From positions 1 through 64,000 of IMG/VR virus record IMGVR_UViG_3300037067_013150: a stretch of DNA of 64,000 nucleotides; one strand, 5' to 3'. Position numbers and translations under genes: made by a program. This stretch comes from a virus. Taxonomy: Duplodnaviria > Caudoviricetes. Of the stretch, positions 55,711 through 64,000 are shown piece by piece. Every line of letters starts with the position of its first letter. The first letter of the stretch is position 1. Under the pieces are notes generated by a model. The model made no database searches. It had not been told where the DNA came from and saw nothing but the letters and a program-made list of their open reading frames with translations.

Positions 55711-56302
55711 ATGTACTCAACTAAACAAGTTATAGTAATAAGAACTGATTTAAATATGCGAAAAGGGAAGATGTGTGCTCAAGCAGCACATGCTTCTATG
55801 AAAGTATTTTTTTGATAGGATGAGTACAGAAGAAATTGAAGTTCCTGTATTTCAATTAGATGAACAACAGAAAAATTGTTCTGGATATATAATGACTCCA
55901 TTAATTACAAAAAAATTACATTTTATTAAAAATGATCCGATGTTAGAATGGATGGAAGGTTCTTTTGCTAAAATAGTTGTAGGAGTTGACTCATTAGAAA
56001 AACTACTTGAATTACAAAAACAAGCAGAAGAGTCTGGTATAGTTAATGCTCTTATTACTGATAATGGAAGCACAGAGTTTAAAGAAGAATGCCCGGTTTG
56101 TCATGGCAGAGGAATAACTTTTGATAAATTGTTTTTAAAACAAACAGAGCCTGATATAGAAAAAAGGAAAAAAATTGATTGTTCATGCTATAAATGTAGT
56201 AGTACAGGTAAAATAAGAAAGCCTACTATAACGTGTTTGGCAATAGGACCCGATCTTTCAAATAAAATAGATAAAATAACTAAAGAGTTAAAACTATTAT
56301 GA
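55711..56302 (+). CDS. pth2: Peptidyl-tRNA hydrolase Pth2, split by a +1 frame break at T7 (55807-55813), with Zn-finger insertion
   Basis: Frame 1 KQVIVIRTDLNMRKGKMCAQAAHASMKVFF*; +1 frame DRMS...KIVV...ITDNGSTEF...TCLAIGP...IDKITKELKLL. Confidence 0.85.
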
Positions 56303-56664
56303 GAGTATTAAAGTTTAGGGCGTGGGATAAAGTTAAAAAAGAATGGATTTTTCATACAAATGAAAACCCATTTCACATCATAGGTGAAGTTACAGTCTTT
56401 GATATGTTGGGACAATATAGTGTATCTCAATTCAATGATATTGAGATTACTCAATATACTGGATTGCAAGATAGTAAAGGTAAAGAGATTTATGAGGGTG
56501 ATGTCGTCGAGTATATTGATGATCGTGACATAAAAAAGAAAAGGCTCGTTTTTTACGAATATGGCGGGTTTCTTCCCTTCGCTGATAATGACGACGGAAT
56601 ACCCTACCCGAAGCCGTATGAGTGCGAGATTATCGGAAATATTTATGAGAATCCAGAATTATGA
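56299..56664 (+). CDS. YopX family protein
   Basis: KFRAWDK...QYTGLQDSKGKEIYEGDVV...IIGNIYENPEL. Confidence 0.92.
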   Translation: MRVLKFRAWDKVKKEWIFHTNENPFHIIGEVTVFDMLGQYSVSQFNDIEITQYTGLQDSKGKEIYEGDVVEYIDDRDIKKKRLVFYEYGGFLPFADNDDGIPYPKPYECEIIGNIYENPEL

Positions 56665-56709
56665 AAGGAAATTCAAACTGAAATGATGAAGAACAGGAGA
56701 ATTATTTAA

Positions 56710-56961
56710 ATGAAACATGATAAAGAAATAAATTATTTAGATATACCAGAAATTAAAATGCCTGAATTTGATCCAAATGGTCCTATAAACATCAATCTGG
56801 AAGATTTAGATCATCCACAATTTAATCTTATTACCAGAGAAAAATGGACCAAAGAAACTGCCCTTACAAGTGAAGAATTAGATAAACTTTTAGAAATAAT
56901 GGGAATAAAACACGAAAACAATGCTGCAATTCTCATAGATGATAATAAGATAATAAAATGA
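56710..56961 (+). CDS. Hypothetical protein
   Basis: GGAG upstream. Confidence 0.7.
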   Translation: MKHDKEINYLDIPEIKMPEFDPNGPININLEDLDHPQFNLITREKWTKETALTSEELDKLLEIMGIKHENNAAILIDDNKIIK

Positions 56962-57000
56962 GTGCACAAGATTTAGAAGCACTTAAAAAAGGAGTATAAT

Positions 57001-57369
57001 ATGTTTGGATGGTTGTCAATGAACGTATTAGTTATAACAATAGCAGTAACACTTATATTTCTTCTAGTATCTCTTGGGATAGCATCAGAAATCGAGAGGG
57101 CAAAGTATGTAGTACTTGGTTTTTTTGTTCTAATTATTTTAGAATCTGTCTTGCTTTTTGTGGGGGTACAAACAAAAGAGATTAAGTATCAACAAGTAAA
57201 TGTAATTGAACAAAAAAGAATGGCAGATAAATCTATTCTACAATTAGAAGATAATACAGTTTTAGTTAAGAATGAAATAGCATGGTTAGATGCTAAAATT
57301 GTTTATAAAAAGATACGCATAAACTATTTTGGAGATACAGGTGAAGACTATGTTGTTTCAAAAAAATAA
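57001..57369 (+). CDS. 2-TM membrane protein
   Basis: GGAG upstream; two TM helices. Confidence 0.8.
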   Translation: MFGWLSMNVLVITIAVTLIFLLVSLGIASEIERAKYVVLGFFVLIILESVLLFVGVQTKEIKYQQVNVIEQKRMADKSILQLEDNTVLVKNEIAWLDAKIVYKKIRINYFGDTGEDYVVSKK

Positions 57370-57579
57370 TTGATTACTATGATAATATTAATGACAATAG
57401 CTTTTTTTATAATGTGTGGTATTTGTATTAAGATAATAGAAGAGAAAAGACTATTACAACGTAAATATGAATTTATGTGTGAACAATATGAGTATATTAT
57501 TAGAATATTACATAAAGATAAAACTGATAAAGATAAACTAAATGAATTGTTGTGGTATCTTGATAATACTCCATTTTAA
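57370..57579 (+). CDS. Small membrane protein
   Basis: N-terminal TM. Confidence 0.75.
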   Translation: MITMIILMTIAFFIMCGICIKIIEEKRLLQRKYEFMCEQYEYIIRILHKDKTDKDKLNELLWYLDNTPF

Positions 57580-57604
57580 TAAATAATAAATTAAGAGATA
57601 ATAT

Positions 57605-57787
57605 ATGTCTTCATTAAAATTAATAACAAAATATAATTCAGAGATAATAAATCAGCAAATATTATTTGAAATAGATGGTATAGAAAGTAAATTAATAGAA
57701 CAAATAATATTATTACAAGACAAGCATATAAAGAAAGCTCTTATTGATTTAGGATGGACACCACCAGAAAACGAGAATAAATCATAA
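57605..57787 (+). CDS. Hypothetical protein (ALIDLGWTPP)
   Basis: Co-directional ORF. Confidence 0.75.
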   Translation: MSSLKLITKYNSEIINQQILFEIDGIESKLIEQIILLQDKHIKKALIDLGWTPPENENKS

Positions 57788-57840
57788 ACATTAACTTTTT
57801 TAAAGATATACAATCAAGGTAATATAAAAGGTAATATAAA

Positions 57841-58176
57841 ATGAAATGTAAATATTATAAACATTTAGCACATCCTATTAATATATGTAAATGTCATGGA
57901 GAACTTCCTGATTATTGGACTTCTGAAGAAGTTGAATCTATTAGAAAGGTATGGGGATTACCTCAAGAAGGAATATGTGACATATGTAATAAAAAAACAG
58001 ATGCATTTGCAGGAGATCCTGATAAATGGCCTGTTGAATTACCATATAAAGATGGTAATGGTAAGAAGAAGATATATCATATAGGCTGTGTTGTAGATAG
58101 TATTGAAAGTTATACTATTATACAAGAAATAAATAGAGAATATTCAGATGAAAATAAGGAAGTAAAGGAAAATTAA
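57841..58176 (+). CDS. Hypothetical protein
   Basis: CDIC...H.GC. Confidence 0.75.
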   Translation: MKCKYYKHLAHPINICKCHGELPDYWTSEEVESIRKVWGLPQEGICDICNKKTDAFAGDPDKWPVELPYKDGNGKKKIYHIGCVVDSIESYTIIQEINREYSDENKEVKEN

Positions 58177-58177
58177 T

Positions 58178-58360
58178 ATGGTTTTTTTAATTATATTTGG
58201 GATTTGGTGGTTAATAGGAACAATATTAACTTTTATTTATTGTATACAAAAAAACAATAAAATTAAATTAATAATGAATTTAATATCTTGTATATTTTCG
58301 GGTTTTTTGGGTATATTTGCAATAATATTTTTTATTAATATAGAAAAGGTACAACAATGA
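58178..58360 (+). CDS. Small 2-TM membrane protein
   Basis: Hydrophobic throughout. Confidence 0.75.
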   Translation: MVFLIIFGIWWLIGTILTFIYCIQKNNKIKLIMNLISCIFSGFLGIFAIIFFINIEKVQQ

Positions 58361-58866
58361 ATAGAGTACTTGCTGAATTAACATGGCCTATAAGACGTAG
58401 ATGGTATAAGATACGATTATTTTGGAATTGTAGTAAAGAATTTTATGCTCCTTGGGAAGCAGTTGAGATGTTATTAACTGTTAATTTTGAAATACTTGTT
58501 GATGTTTATAAAAATGGTGAGCTTGATATTATTAATTGGGATAGTGATGATTGTCATAAATTAGTTAAGAATGAGATAGATTATTTATATAATTGGTGGA
58601 CAAAGGAAAGAAAAGAAGAGGAAGATGAATTAGATTATTTATTAGATATTTGGTCAGAACATCATGTATCATGGTTTGAAAAAATTATAGAAAAAGATCA
58701 TCCTGATGGTTATAAAATTGGTGAATGGTCAGAATGGAAATCTGTTAATTCAAAATATGGTAATTATATTAATAAATTATATATGGAAAAAGAAGAAAGT
58801 ATGCTTAAAAAAGAACAAGATAATTTAATTAGATTGATTAAAATAAGAGGATATTTATGGACATAA
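58357..58866 (+). CDS. Hypothetical phage protein
   Basis: Ends LIRLIKIRGYLWT. Confidence 0.8.
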   Translation: MNRVLAELTWPIRRRWYKIRLFWNCSKEFYAPWEAVEMLLTVNFEILVDVYKNGELDIINWDSDDCHKLVKNEIDYLYNWWTKERKEEEDELDYLLDIWSEHHVSWFEKIIEKDHPDGYKIGEWSEWKSVNSKYGNYINKLYMEKEESMLKKEQDNLIRLIKIRGYLWT

Positions 58867-58879
58867 AAGGAGAATAAAA

Positions 58880-59350
58880 TTGTTTAAAAATAAAATTGAT
58901 TTTTATTTGGGTTTAGCAGAAACAATCTCCAAGCAATCAAAATGTCATGGAGGTAATTGGGGAGTAGTTATAGTAAAGAATGATATTATTCTTGGGACAG
59001 GCTATAATGGTCCAGCTAGGGGAGTTGCTCATTGTAATCCCTGTAGAAGAACAGGGTTTCAAAAGGGGGAAGGATATGATAAATGTATTGCTGTTCACGC
59101 TGAAGTTAATGCCATTATTCAATCCGGTGGAAGAGAGCGTTGCTTGGGAGCTACCTTGTATATAGCTTCTCATAATCGCCCCTGGGATGCTTCAGTTAAA
59201 TATAATATGGGTATGGGAAATTTTCCTTGTAATAATTGTGCAAGAACTATTGTTAATGCTGGTATTAAATATGTTATTCAAAGAGAAGAGCGGGGAGAGC
59301 CTAATTTATATGATATTGAACAATTAGTTAACAATGGAAAAATAATATGA
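58880..59350 (+). CDS. dCMP deaminase (cytidine/deoxycytidylate deaminase family)
   Basis: GTGYNG, HAEVNAII, PCNNC; TTG start after AAGGAG. Confidence 0.9.
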   Translation: MFKNKIDFYLGLAETISKQSKCHGGNWGVVIVKNDIILGTGYNGPARGVAHCNPCRRTGFQKGEGYDKCIAVHAEVNAIIQSGGRERCLGATLYIASHNRPWDASVKYNMGMGNFPCNNCARTIVNAGIKYVIQREERGEPNLYDIEQLVNNGKII

Positions 59351-59465
59351 AAAAAGTGTCTTATTCTAATTATAAATTTCTTGATGTTCTTATTTTAAAA
59401 ATGTTTTTTAATTACCTTAAAGGTTTTAAAGATTAATTAAATATTAATATTATTTATTATATAAG

Positions 59466-59496
59466 ACCGATATTTGATATAAATATCGGTTTTTTT
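59466..59496 (+). terminator. Intrinsic terminator
   Basis: ACCGATATTT-gatat-AAATATCGGT + T6. Confidence 0.85.
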
Positions 59497-59679
59497 ATGT
59501 AAAAAATTATTAATAATAAAAATTAAATTAAATAAATGTCAAATTTAGGTATTATTTATATATGAACATTTAAAAATTATTGGTATAATTCTGATAGTTT
59601 TTAGTGTGTTTTACTTGGGAATCAATGATTATATTTATATAAAATTTTATATAGAATAGTTTTAAAAAGGAGAAATCTA

Positions 59680-59991
59680 ATGATAAAAGATTATGGAAGA
59701 GAATATAAAGAAGCATCTGAACCCCAATTTAAAGCTGAATTGGAAGATCGAGGTTCTTTATTTAATAGATTATATAAAACATATGAGTCTTTATCTTTAC
59801 TTACGCACAATGCTGAATTATCAGTAAAAAATGATCCAAAGAGGCAAAGTATTCTTCCTGATGAGATTAATGAGTTATATAAAATTAAAGATATGTTTAA
59901 TAATGTTCTTGGTCAAATGATCCAAAGATTCACAAAAGAGACTTCTCCAAATGAATTCCCTACTCTTGATTCAAAAGGAGAAATAATATAA
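59680..59991 (+). CDS. Hypothetical protein starting MIKDYGREYKEASE
   Basis: AAGGAG upstream. Confidence 0.8.
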   Translation: MIKDYGREYKEASEPQFKAELEDRGSLFNRLYKTYESLSLLTHNAELSVKNDPKRQSILPDEINELYKIKDMFNNVLGQMIQRFTKETSPNEFPTLDSKGEII

Positions 59992-60485
59992 TGATTAAGG
60001 ATTATGGTAGAGATAAAAGATCATTTGAACCTGTAAGTGAAATAAAAAAAATATCTCCTATAGAACCAATAGAAAAAACAAATAAAGATATTCCTCAAAA
60101 AGAAGAACAAAGTAGATCAAAAGATCCTAATAAGGGTAAAATTGTAGATATAATAGCATCTTTAAGAAGCGATACAATGATTAGGGATTATGGAAGAGAA
60201 TATAAATATTCTTTTGAAGAACATATGGAAAATAATTTTAAATTATCTATACAAGGAACAACTAAAGATCTTATTACTGGTAGATCTGGAATTGCTGATC
60301 CAATTGAAAGTTTTTATTCTTCTTTTGAAGAAGCAAAGAAAGAAGCTGAAAAATTTTTAGATGAACATTTAGATAATTTTGGTCAAATAGATGTTTCTAT
60401 TGAAGATATTAAAAATGATAAATATTTCTTTATTTATTATTATAAAGAGGGAGATACTTTAAAATATAAATGGAAAACTTTATAG
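59991..60485 (+). CDS. Hypothetical protein with two MI(K/R)DYGR repeats
   Basis: Repeats at 59991 and 60177, in frame. Confidence 0.8.
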   Translation: MIKDYGRDKRSFEPVSEIKKISPIEPIEKTNKDIPQKEEQSRSKDPNKGKIVDIIASLRSDTMIRDYGREYKYSFEEHMENNFKLSIQGTTKDLITGRSGIADPIESFYSSFEEAKKEAEKFLDEHLDNFGQIDVSIEDIKNDKYFFIYYYKEGDTLKYKWKTL

Positions 60486-60505
60486 GATAAATTTTATGAT
60501 TAAAA

Positions 60506-60889
60506 ATGGATATAAAAATGAATAATTCATTAAAAATAAAATTATTACATACTCTTAAAATAATGAGTACTCATAATGATTATTATAATCCATCTGGAGA
60601 ATTATCTGATTTAGGTAATAAACTTAAACCTATTTTTCAAAGATATATAGTTACTATAATTCAATCAGAAGATATTCTTGAAGAATTATTATCTAGATTA
60701 GAAGTTGAATATACTAATATTCAAGAATTAAATGAAGGTAAAGATATTCAAATAGAAAAAAATAATGATATTATATATGAGACTTTATGGAATATTTTAT
60801 TAGAAAAACCAGAAGAAGATAAGTTTCATTCATATAATAGTAATAATAAATTTGCTGGATATAAAAATATTAATGAATTATTAAAATAA
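60506..60889 (+). CDS. Hypothetical protein
   Basis: Co-directional ORF before the terminator. Confidence 0.75.
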   Translation: MDIKMNNSLKIKLLHTLKIMSTHNDYYNPSGELSDLGNKLKPIFQRYIVTIIQSEDILEELLSRLEVEYTNIQELNEGKDIQIEKNNDIIYETLWNILLEKPEEDKFHSYNSNNKFAGYKNINELLK

Positions 60890-60928
60890 ACAATATTTAA
60901 TAATAATTTCTCCTTTTTTTAATTTTAT

Positions 60929-60956
60929 ACCGGTACTTTATAGTATCGGTTTTTTT
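60929..60956 (+). terminator. Intrinsic terminator
   Basis: ACCGGTACT-ttat-AGTATCGGT + T6. Confidence 0.8.
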
Positions 60957-60990
60957 ATTATAATTTTTATTAAAAATTAATAATTTTTTG

Positions 60991-61019
60991 TTGACAAATT
61001 ACTAAATAATATATATTAT
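60991..61019 (+). promoter_or_regulatory. Sigma70-type promoter
   Basis: TTGACA-17-TATTAT, then AAGGAG and ATG 61042. Confidence 0.75.
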
Positions 61020-61041
61020 ATCTTATATTAAGGAGATAATT

Positions 61042-61215
61042 ATGAAAAATAAGATTAAATTAATGGATGTAATAGTTACAATTAATTTCTTTAGTGCAAT
61101 TGGTTGTTTATTGCTTTCTGGTATTGTAATTAGATCTGGTTTAATTATGGAAGGTTATTTTTTACTTATTGGTGCTATATTAAATTGTATATTAATGTAT
61201 TATATTAATAGGTAA
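61042..61215 (+). CDS. Small 2-TM membrane protein (57 aa, not in track)
   Basis: AAGGAG upstream. Confidence 0.7.
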   Translation: MKNKIKLMDVIVTINFFSAIGCLLLSGIVIRSGLIMEGYFLLIGAILNCILMYYINR

Positions 61216-61220
61216 TATAT

Positions 61221-61460
61221 ATGAATTCAACAAAAAAGGTTTATTGTTCATTTTGTAAATATTATTGTTGTATATTTCCAGGACAACATTCTATTCGTGT
61301 ATGGTGTGAATCCATGAAACATATTAAAACTATAGTTCAAGATACACCTATTTATCCTGGAGAAAAACTAAAAGATTATTCTTTTATAAATCCATATATT
61401 TGTAATAAAAATAATGATTGTTTTTATTACAAAAGAAAATGGTATTTATTTTGGAGATAA
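61221..61460 (+). CDS. Cys-rich hypothetical protein (paralog of 54326-54544)
   Basis: YCSFCKYYC...WC...NKNNDCFYYKRKWY. Confidence 0.75.
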   Translation: MNSTKKVYCSFCKYYCCIFPGQHSIRVWCESMKHIKTIVQDTPIYPGEKLKDYSFINPYICNKNNDCFYYKRKWYLFWR

Positions 61461-61462
61461 CT

Positions 61463-61630
61463 ATGAAACAATATTGTAAGCACTTTAAAAAAGAAATAAC
61501 AAAAGAAGAGTGTTATAAAAATAAAGAGAATTTTACTATTTGTAAACAAGGAATTGCCTATGCATTTTTTAGATTTTGTTGTTTTTTAGAAAAGAATCAA
61601 ATGGATAGAACAAAGCCATATAAAGGATAA
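61463..61630 (+). CDS. Small Cys-rich protein
   Basis: Start moved to MKQYCK after GGAG. Confidence 0.65.
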   Translation: MKQYCKHFKKEITKEECYKNKENFTICKQGIAYAFFRFCCFLEKNQMDRTKPYKG

Positions 61631-61639
61631 TTAATTTTT

Positions 61640-61828
61640 ATGAAAAGAAAATTAACAATAACATTAACTGAAGAAGAATTGGATACTATTTGTAATGCTT
61701 TGTGTTCTTATTCTATACGATATATTGATAAATTTTGGGGTATATATGCTCATAAAATTTATATAAAAATATGTAAACTTATTCCCGATGAGTGGGGTTG
61801 GTCTGGAGATATTGAAGGAGAAGAATAA
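61640..61828 (+). CDS. Hypothetical protein
   Basis: Packed co-directional ORF. Confidence 0.7.
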   Translation: MKRKLTITLTEEELDTICNALCSYSIRYIDKFWGIYAHKIYIKICKLIPDEWGWSGDIEGEE

Positions 61829-62148
61829 TGGCTCCAATGATTGATATTATTAATTTAGCTCAAAAGAAAGCTAAACAAAGTTATTGTAGATATAAAATAT
61901 CTGCAGTTGGATTGGATAAAAATGGTAAAATAATTGGTAGTTCTATGAATAAATTACGATTTCATCATAAAGGTGGGGGTGTTCATGCAGAAATAGCATT
62001 AATTAAGAAATATGGTATTAGATTAAAAAGTATGTTTATATGTAGAATTAATAAACAAGGACAACTACAAAATATACATCCGTGTAAATCTTGTAGTGAG
62101 GTGGCTAAAAAATTAGGTATTAAAATATATTCAATTAAGGAGATATAA
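61828..62148 (+). CDS. Minimal cytidine-deaminase-fold protein
   Basis: HAEIALI and PCKSC Zn motifs. Confidence 0.8.
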   Translation: MAPMIDIINLAQKKAKQSYCRYKISAVGLDKNGKIIGSSMNKLRFHHKGGGVHAEIALIKKYGIRLKSMFICRINKQGQLQNIHPCKSCSEVAKKLGIKIYSIKEI

Positions 62149-62391
62149 ATGAAAAAGTTTATAGTTGGAGTATTTATTCTATTTACTGGTTGTGTTAGTA
62201 TTGAAACATATCAAACTGATATAAAAAAAGTAGAAGTTGAACGAGATAAATATAGAGAATCTGCTCTTAATGCTAGAGTAGATAATGAGCATTTAAAGGG
62301 TTTTATTAGAGAATCTGTAGAATATATAAAAGATTTAAAATTTGAATTGGATCTTTGTAAAAACCACAAAGAAATTGATATTAGTAAATAG
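62149..62391 (+). CDS. Lipoprotein with coiled coil
   Basis: MKKFIVGVFILFTGC. Confidence 0.8.
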   Translation: MKKFIVGVFILFTGCVSIETYQTDIKKVEVERDKYRESALNARVDNEHLKGFIRESVEYIKDLKFELDLCKNHKEIDISK

Positions 62392-62486
62392 AAATTTATT
62401 ATATGAAATTTTTAATTAAAATTAGTATGAGTATTATTATATTTTTTAAAAGTAGAAAATATAGAAATAAGAAATTGGATTAATAA

Positions 62487-63239
62487 ATGATAGTAGATAA
62501 AAACCAATTTGATAAATTTATAGAAATATTACCCGATTTACAAAAGGATGAAGTATATTTTGTATCATTATCTGCAAGAAATAAATATCTTACTCAAGAA
62601 GAAAGAGATGAGTTTTCTTTGGGTAGAACAGAAATGTTTTCTAGAGAAGTAGCAAGAGATAAAGAAGGACTTTATTATGCTATGAAGAAACTTAGAACCT
62701 CTTTACAATATAAACATACAAATAACGGTAAAGAAATACCAGAAAAAGCTATTGTTGTTTATGGTAATATTAATCCTTCTTCTATGGTAAGAGCCTATCA
62801 GTTATTTACTCAAGAAATAGATAAAGAAATAGGTTTTATTACTGCAGCATATATGAATGAAAAAGATACTGAACCCAATTTTACTGAAGTTAAACTATTA
62901 AATAGAACATTAATGAATTGTATTCAAAAATCTAGATCTAGAAAATATTATATTGATATTGATTTAGATTTATATAGTTCAATAGATTATACTGGAGTTA
63001 TACCTGAATTAACTGATTTTCTTAATGAGAATAAGGCTGTTTGGTATAAAATAAAGACATTTTCTGGTTATCATTTTTTAATTAAAAAAGATACAGTTCC
63101 TAATACTTTATATAAAGAAATAGAATTATGTAGAAATAGATTATCAGTAAAAGAAATTGAATTTAATAGAAATGAAATGATTCCTATACCAGGAACACTT
63201 CAAGCTGGAAAAGTTGTAGAATTTATAGGAGATATTTAA
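62487..63239 (+). CDS. Hypothetical protein, possible AEP (primase-polymerase) fold
   Basis: YIDIDLD and KTFSGYH motifs. Confidence 0.5.
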   Translation: MIVDKNQFDKFIEILPDLQKDEVYFVSLSARNKYLTQEERDEFSLGRTEMFSREVARDKEGLYYAMKKLRTSLQYKHTNNGKEIPEKAIVVYGNINPSSMVRAYQLFTQEIDKEIGFITAAYMNEKDTEPNFTEVKLLNRTLMNCIQKSRSRKYYIDIDLDLYSSIDYTGVIPELTDFLNENKAVWYKIKTFSGYHFLIKKDTVPNTLYKEIELCRNRLSVKEIEFNRNEMIPIPGTLQAGKVVEFIGDI

Positions 63240-63430
63240 TGAATAATTTAATAGAAATAATAACTAATGTAAAATTTCAAATTATATTTAGTTTTATTAG
63301 TTGGTTTATAATAACTGTAATTTGGTCTGCTGTTAAAGATGAAACTAAAGGTGAGGTTTTATTTCGATTTATATTTACTTTTTTCTTCAATTTATTTATT
63401 TTGTGTATATATTTAGGGTTTAAAAAATGA
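63239..63430 (+). CDS. Small 2-TM membrane protein
   Basis: Hydrophobic hairpin. Confidence 0.75.
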   Translation: MNNLIEIITNVKFQIIFSFISWFIITVIWSAVKDETKGEVLFRFIFTFFFNLFILCIYLGFKK

Positions 63431-63633
63431 GAAGATATTCAATTTATAAAATAAATTGTAGTTGTTCTATAAATTTAATTGCAATTTATAATGCAAAACC
63501 AACACTTAAAATTAAATGTCCAATTTGTAATAAAACTTTAGATACAGAACATTATTCTTTTTGTGGTGATATTATGGAATATAATAAAAATAAAGCTATA
63601 CAAAAATATAAAGAATTAGATGTTGAGGAATAA
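63427..63633 (+). CDS. Zn-ribbon hypothetical protein
   Basis: CSC...CPIC. Confidence 0.7.
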   Translation: MRRYSIYKINCSCSINLIAIYNAKPTLKIKCPICNKTLDTEHYSFCGDIMEYNKNKAIQKYKELDVEE

Positions 63634-63817
63634 TATGAAAAAATTAATGAATTTATTGGATAAAATATACATTTTTGTACTATGGATTTGTATTTTAACT
63701 GGATTTTTATTCTCAATTTTAGTAGCTAAAAATATGGTTGATAAAATTCTAGGAGTTGCTGTTGGATTTTTTGGTATTTTTAATCTTTTTTTAAATAAAA
63801 AATATAAAAATACTTGA
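63620..63817 (+). CDS. Small 2-TM membrane protein (start may be 63635)
   Basis: Hydrophobic hairpin. Confidence 0.7.
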   Translation: MLRNNMKKLMNLLDKIYIFVLWICILTGFLFSILVAKNMVDKILGVAVGFFGIFNLFLNKKYKNT

Positions 63818-63842
63818 CGTTCACTTTTATATTCAGTATATT
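63814..63842 (+). promoter_or_regulatory. Sigma70-type promoter
   Basis: TTGACG-17-TATATT. Confidence 0.6.
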
Positions 63843-63872
63843 AAAATTAATAATTTTATAAAGGATATAGAT

Positions 63873-64000
63873 ATGAAAGATACAGCACCAATTTTGAGAC
63901 ATATTATAGAAACTGTTAATTCTGGAAAAAGAATTAAAGTTAAATGTAAAAAGGAATGGGAAACAGACGGTCCTGATGAAAATATGATATGTGATATTAT
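63873..64000 (+). CDS. 3'-truncated hypothetical protein
   Basis: AAGGA + MKDTAPILRH..., open to the window end. Confidence 0.65.
   Translation, partial: MKDTAPILRHIIETVNSGKRIKVKCKKEWETDGPDENMICDI

Noticed and set aside
55807-55818. Stop-codon reassignment (TGA/TAG read-through) explaining the pth2 break
   Set aside because: Read-through gives a closed, non-Pth2 frame, while the homology continues in +1. Other genes end normally at TAA, TGA and TAG, so code 11 fits.
1772-58084. Many short ORF-track calls antisense or out-of-frame to real genes (e.g. 1772, 5107, 5378, 6040-6494, 13597, 17795, 19078, 19134, 28292, 30297, 44500, 44513, 51613, 52444, 53309, 53516, 53842, 55852, 57896)
   Set aside because: They overlap better-supported genes or low-complexity AT-rich DNA, lack SD sites, and have the I/F/L-rich composition typical of shadow frames
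59478-59485. T4-type late promoter TATAAATA upstream of the DYGR operon
   Set aside because: It lies within the terminator hairpin, and such 8-mers arise readily in DNA this AT-rich
59513-59542. Antisense sigma70 promoter (TTGACA-18-TATTAT on the minus strand)
   Set aside because: Suboptimal spacing, very AT-rich context and no downstream minus-strand gene

Overview
AT-rich (about 25% GC by eye) segment of a large tailed dsDNA bacteriophage, standard genetic code, strong GGAG(G) Shine-Dalgarno sites. It contains no capsid, terminase, polymerase, rRNA, tRNA or CRISPR features. Layout: (i) 1-1642, plus strand: end of a probable virion gene and a membrane protein. (ii) 1639-52965: a minus-strand block of about 120 mostly small accessory genes, including an RNA-repair pair (Pnk-phosphatase and RNA ligase, split by an HNH endonuclease), two DNA methyltransferases (one Type IIG-like), a Gp88-like protein, a MoxR AAA + VWA/metallopeptidase pair, a degenerate ArdC, SLT, ParB-like, Gam-like, hexapeptide-repeat and astacin-like proteins, and several paralog expansions. 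(iii) about 52700-53660: a palindrome-rich divergent switch region (candidate origin or terminus). (iv) 53662-64000, plus strand: RyR-domain protein, frameshifted Pth2 with a zinc-finger insertion, YopX, two deaminases, AEP-like protein. The most striking unexplained signals are about 20 same-strand copies of a tRNA-T-loop-like motif GG-N-TCGA-N-T-Y-Y between 1.8 and 50.9 kb; a prfB-like UUU-UGA frame break in pth2; and a repeated MI(K/R)DYGR...(S/A)xE peptide resembling a capsid-targeting propeptide. All calls are by-eye motif recognition without database searches.
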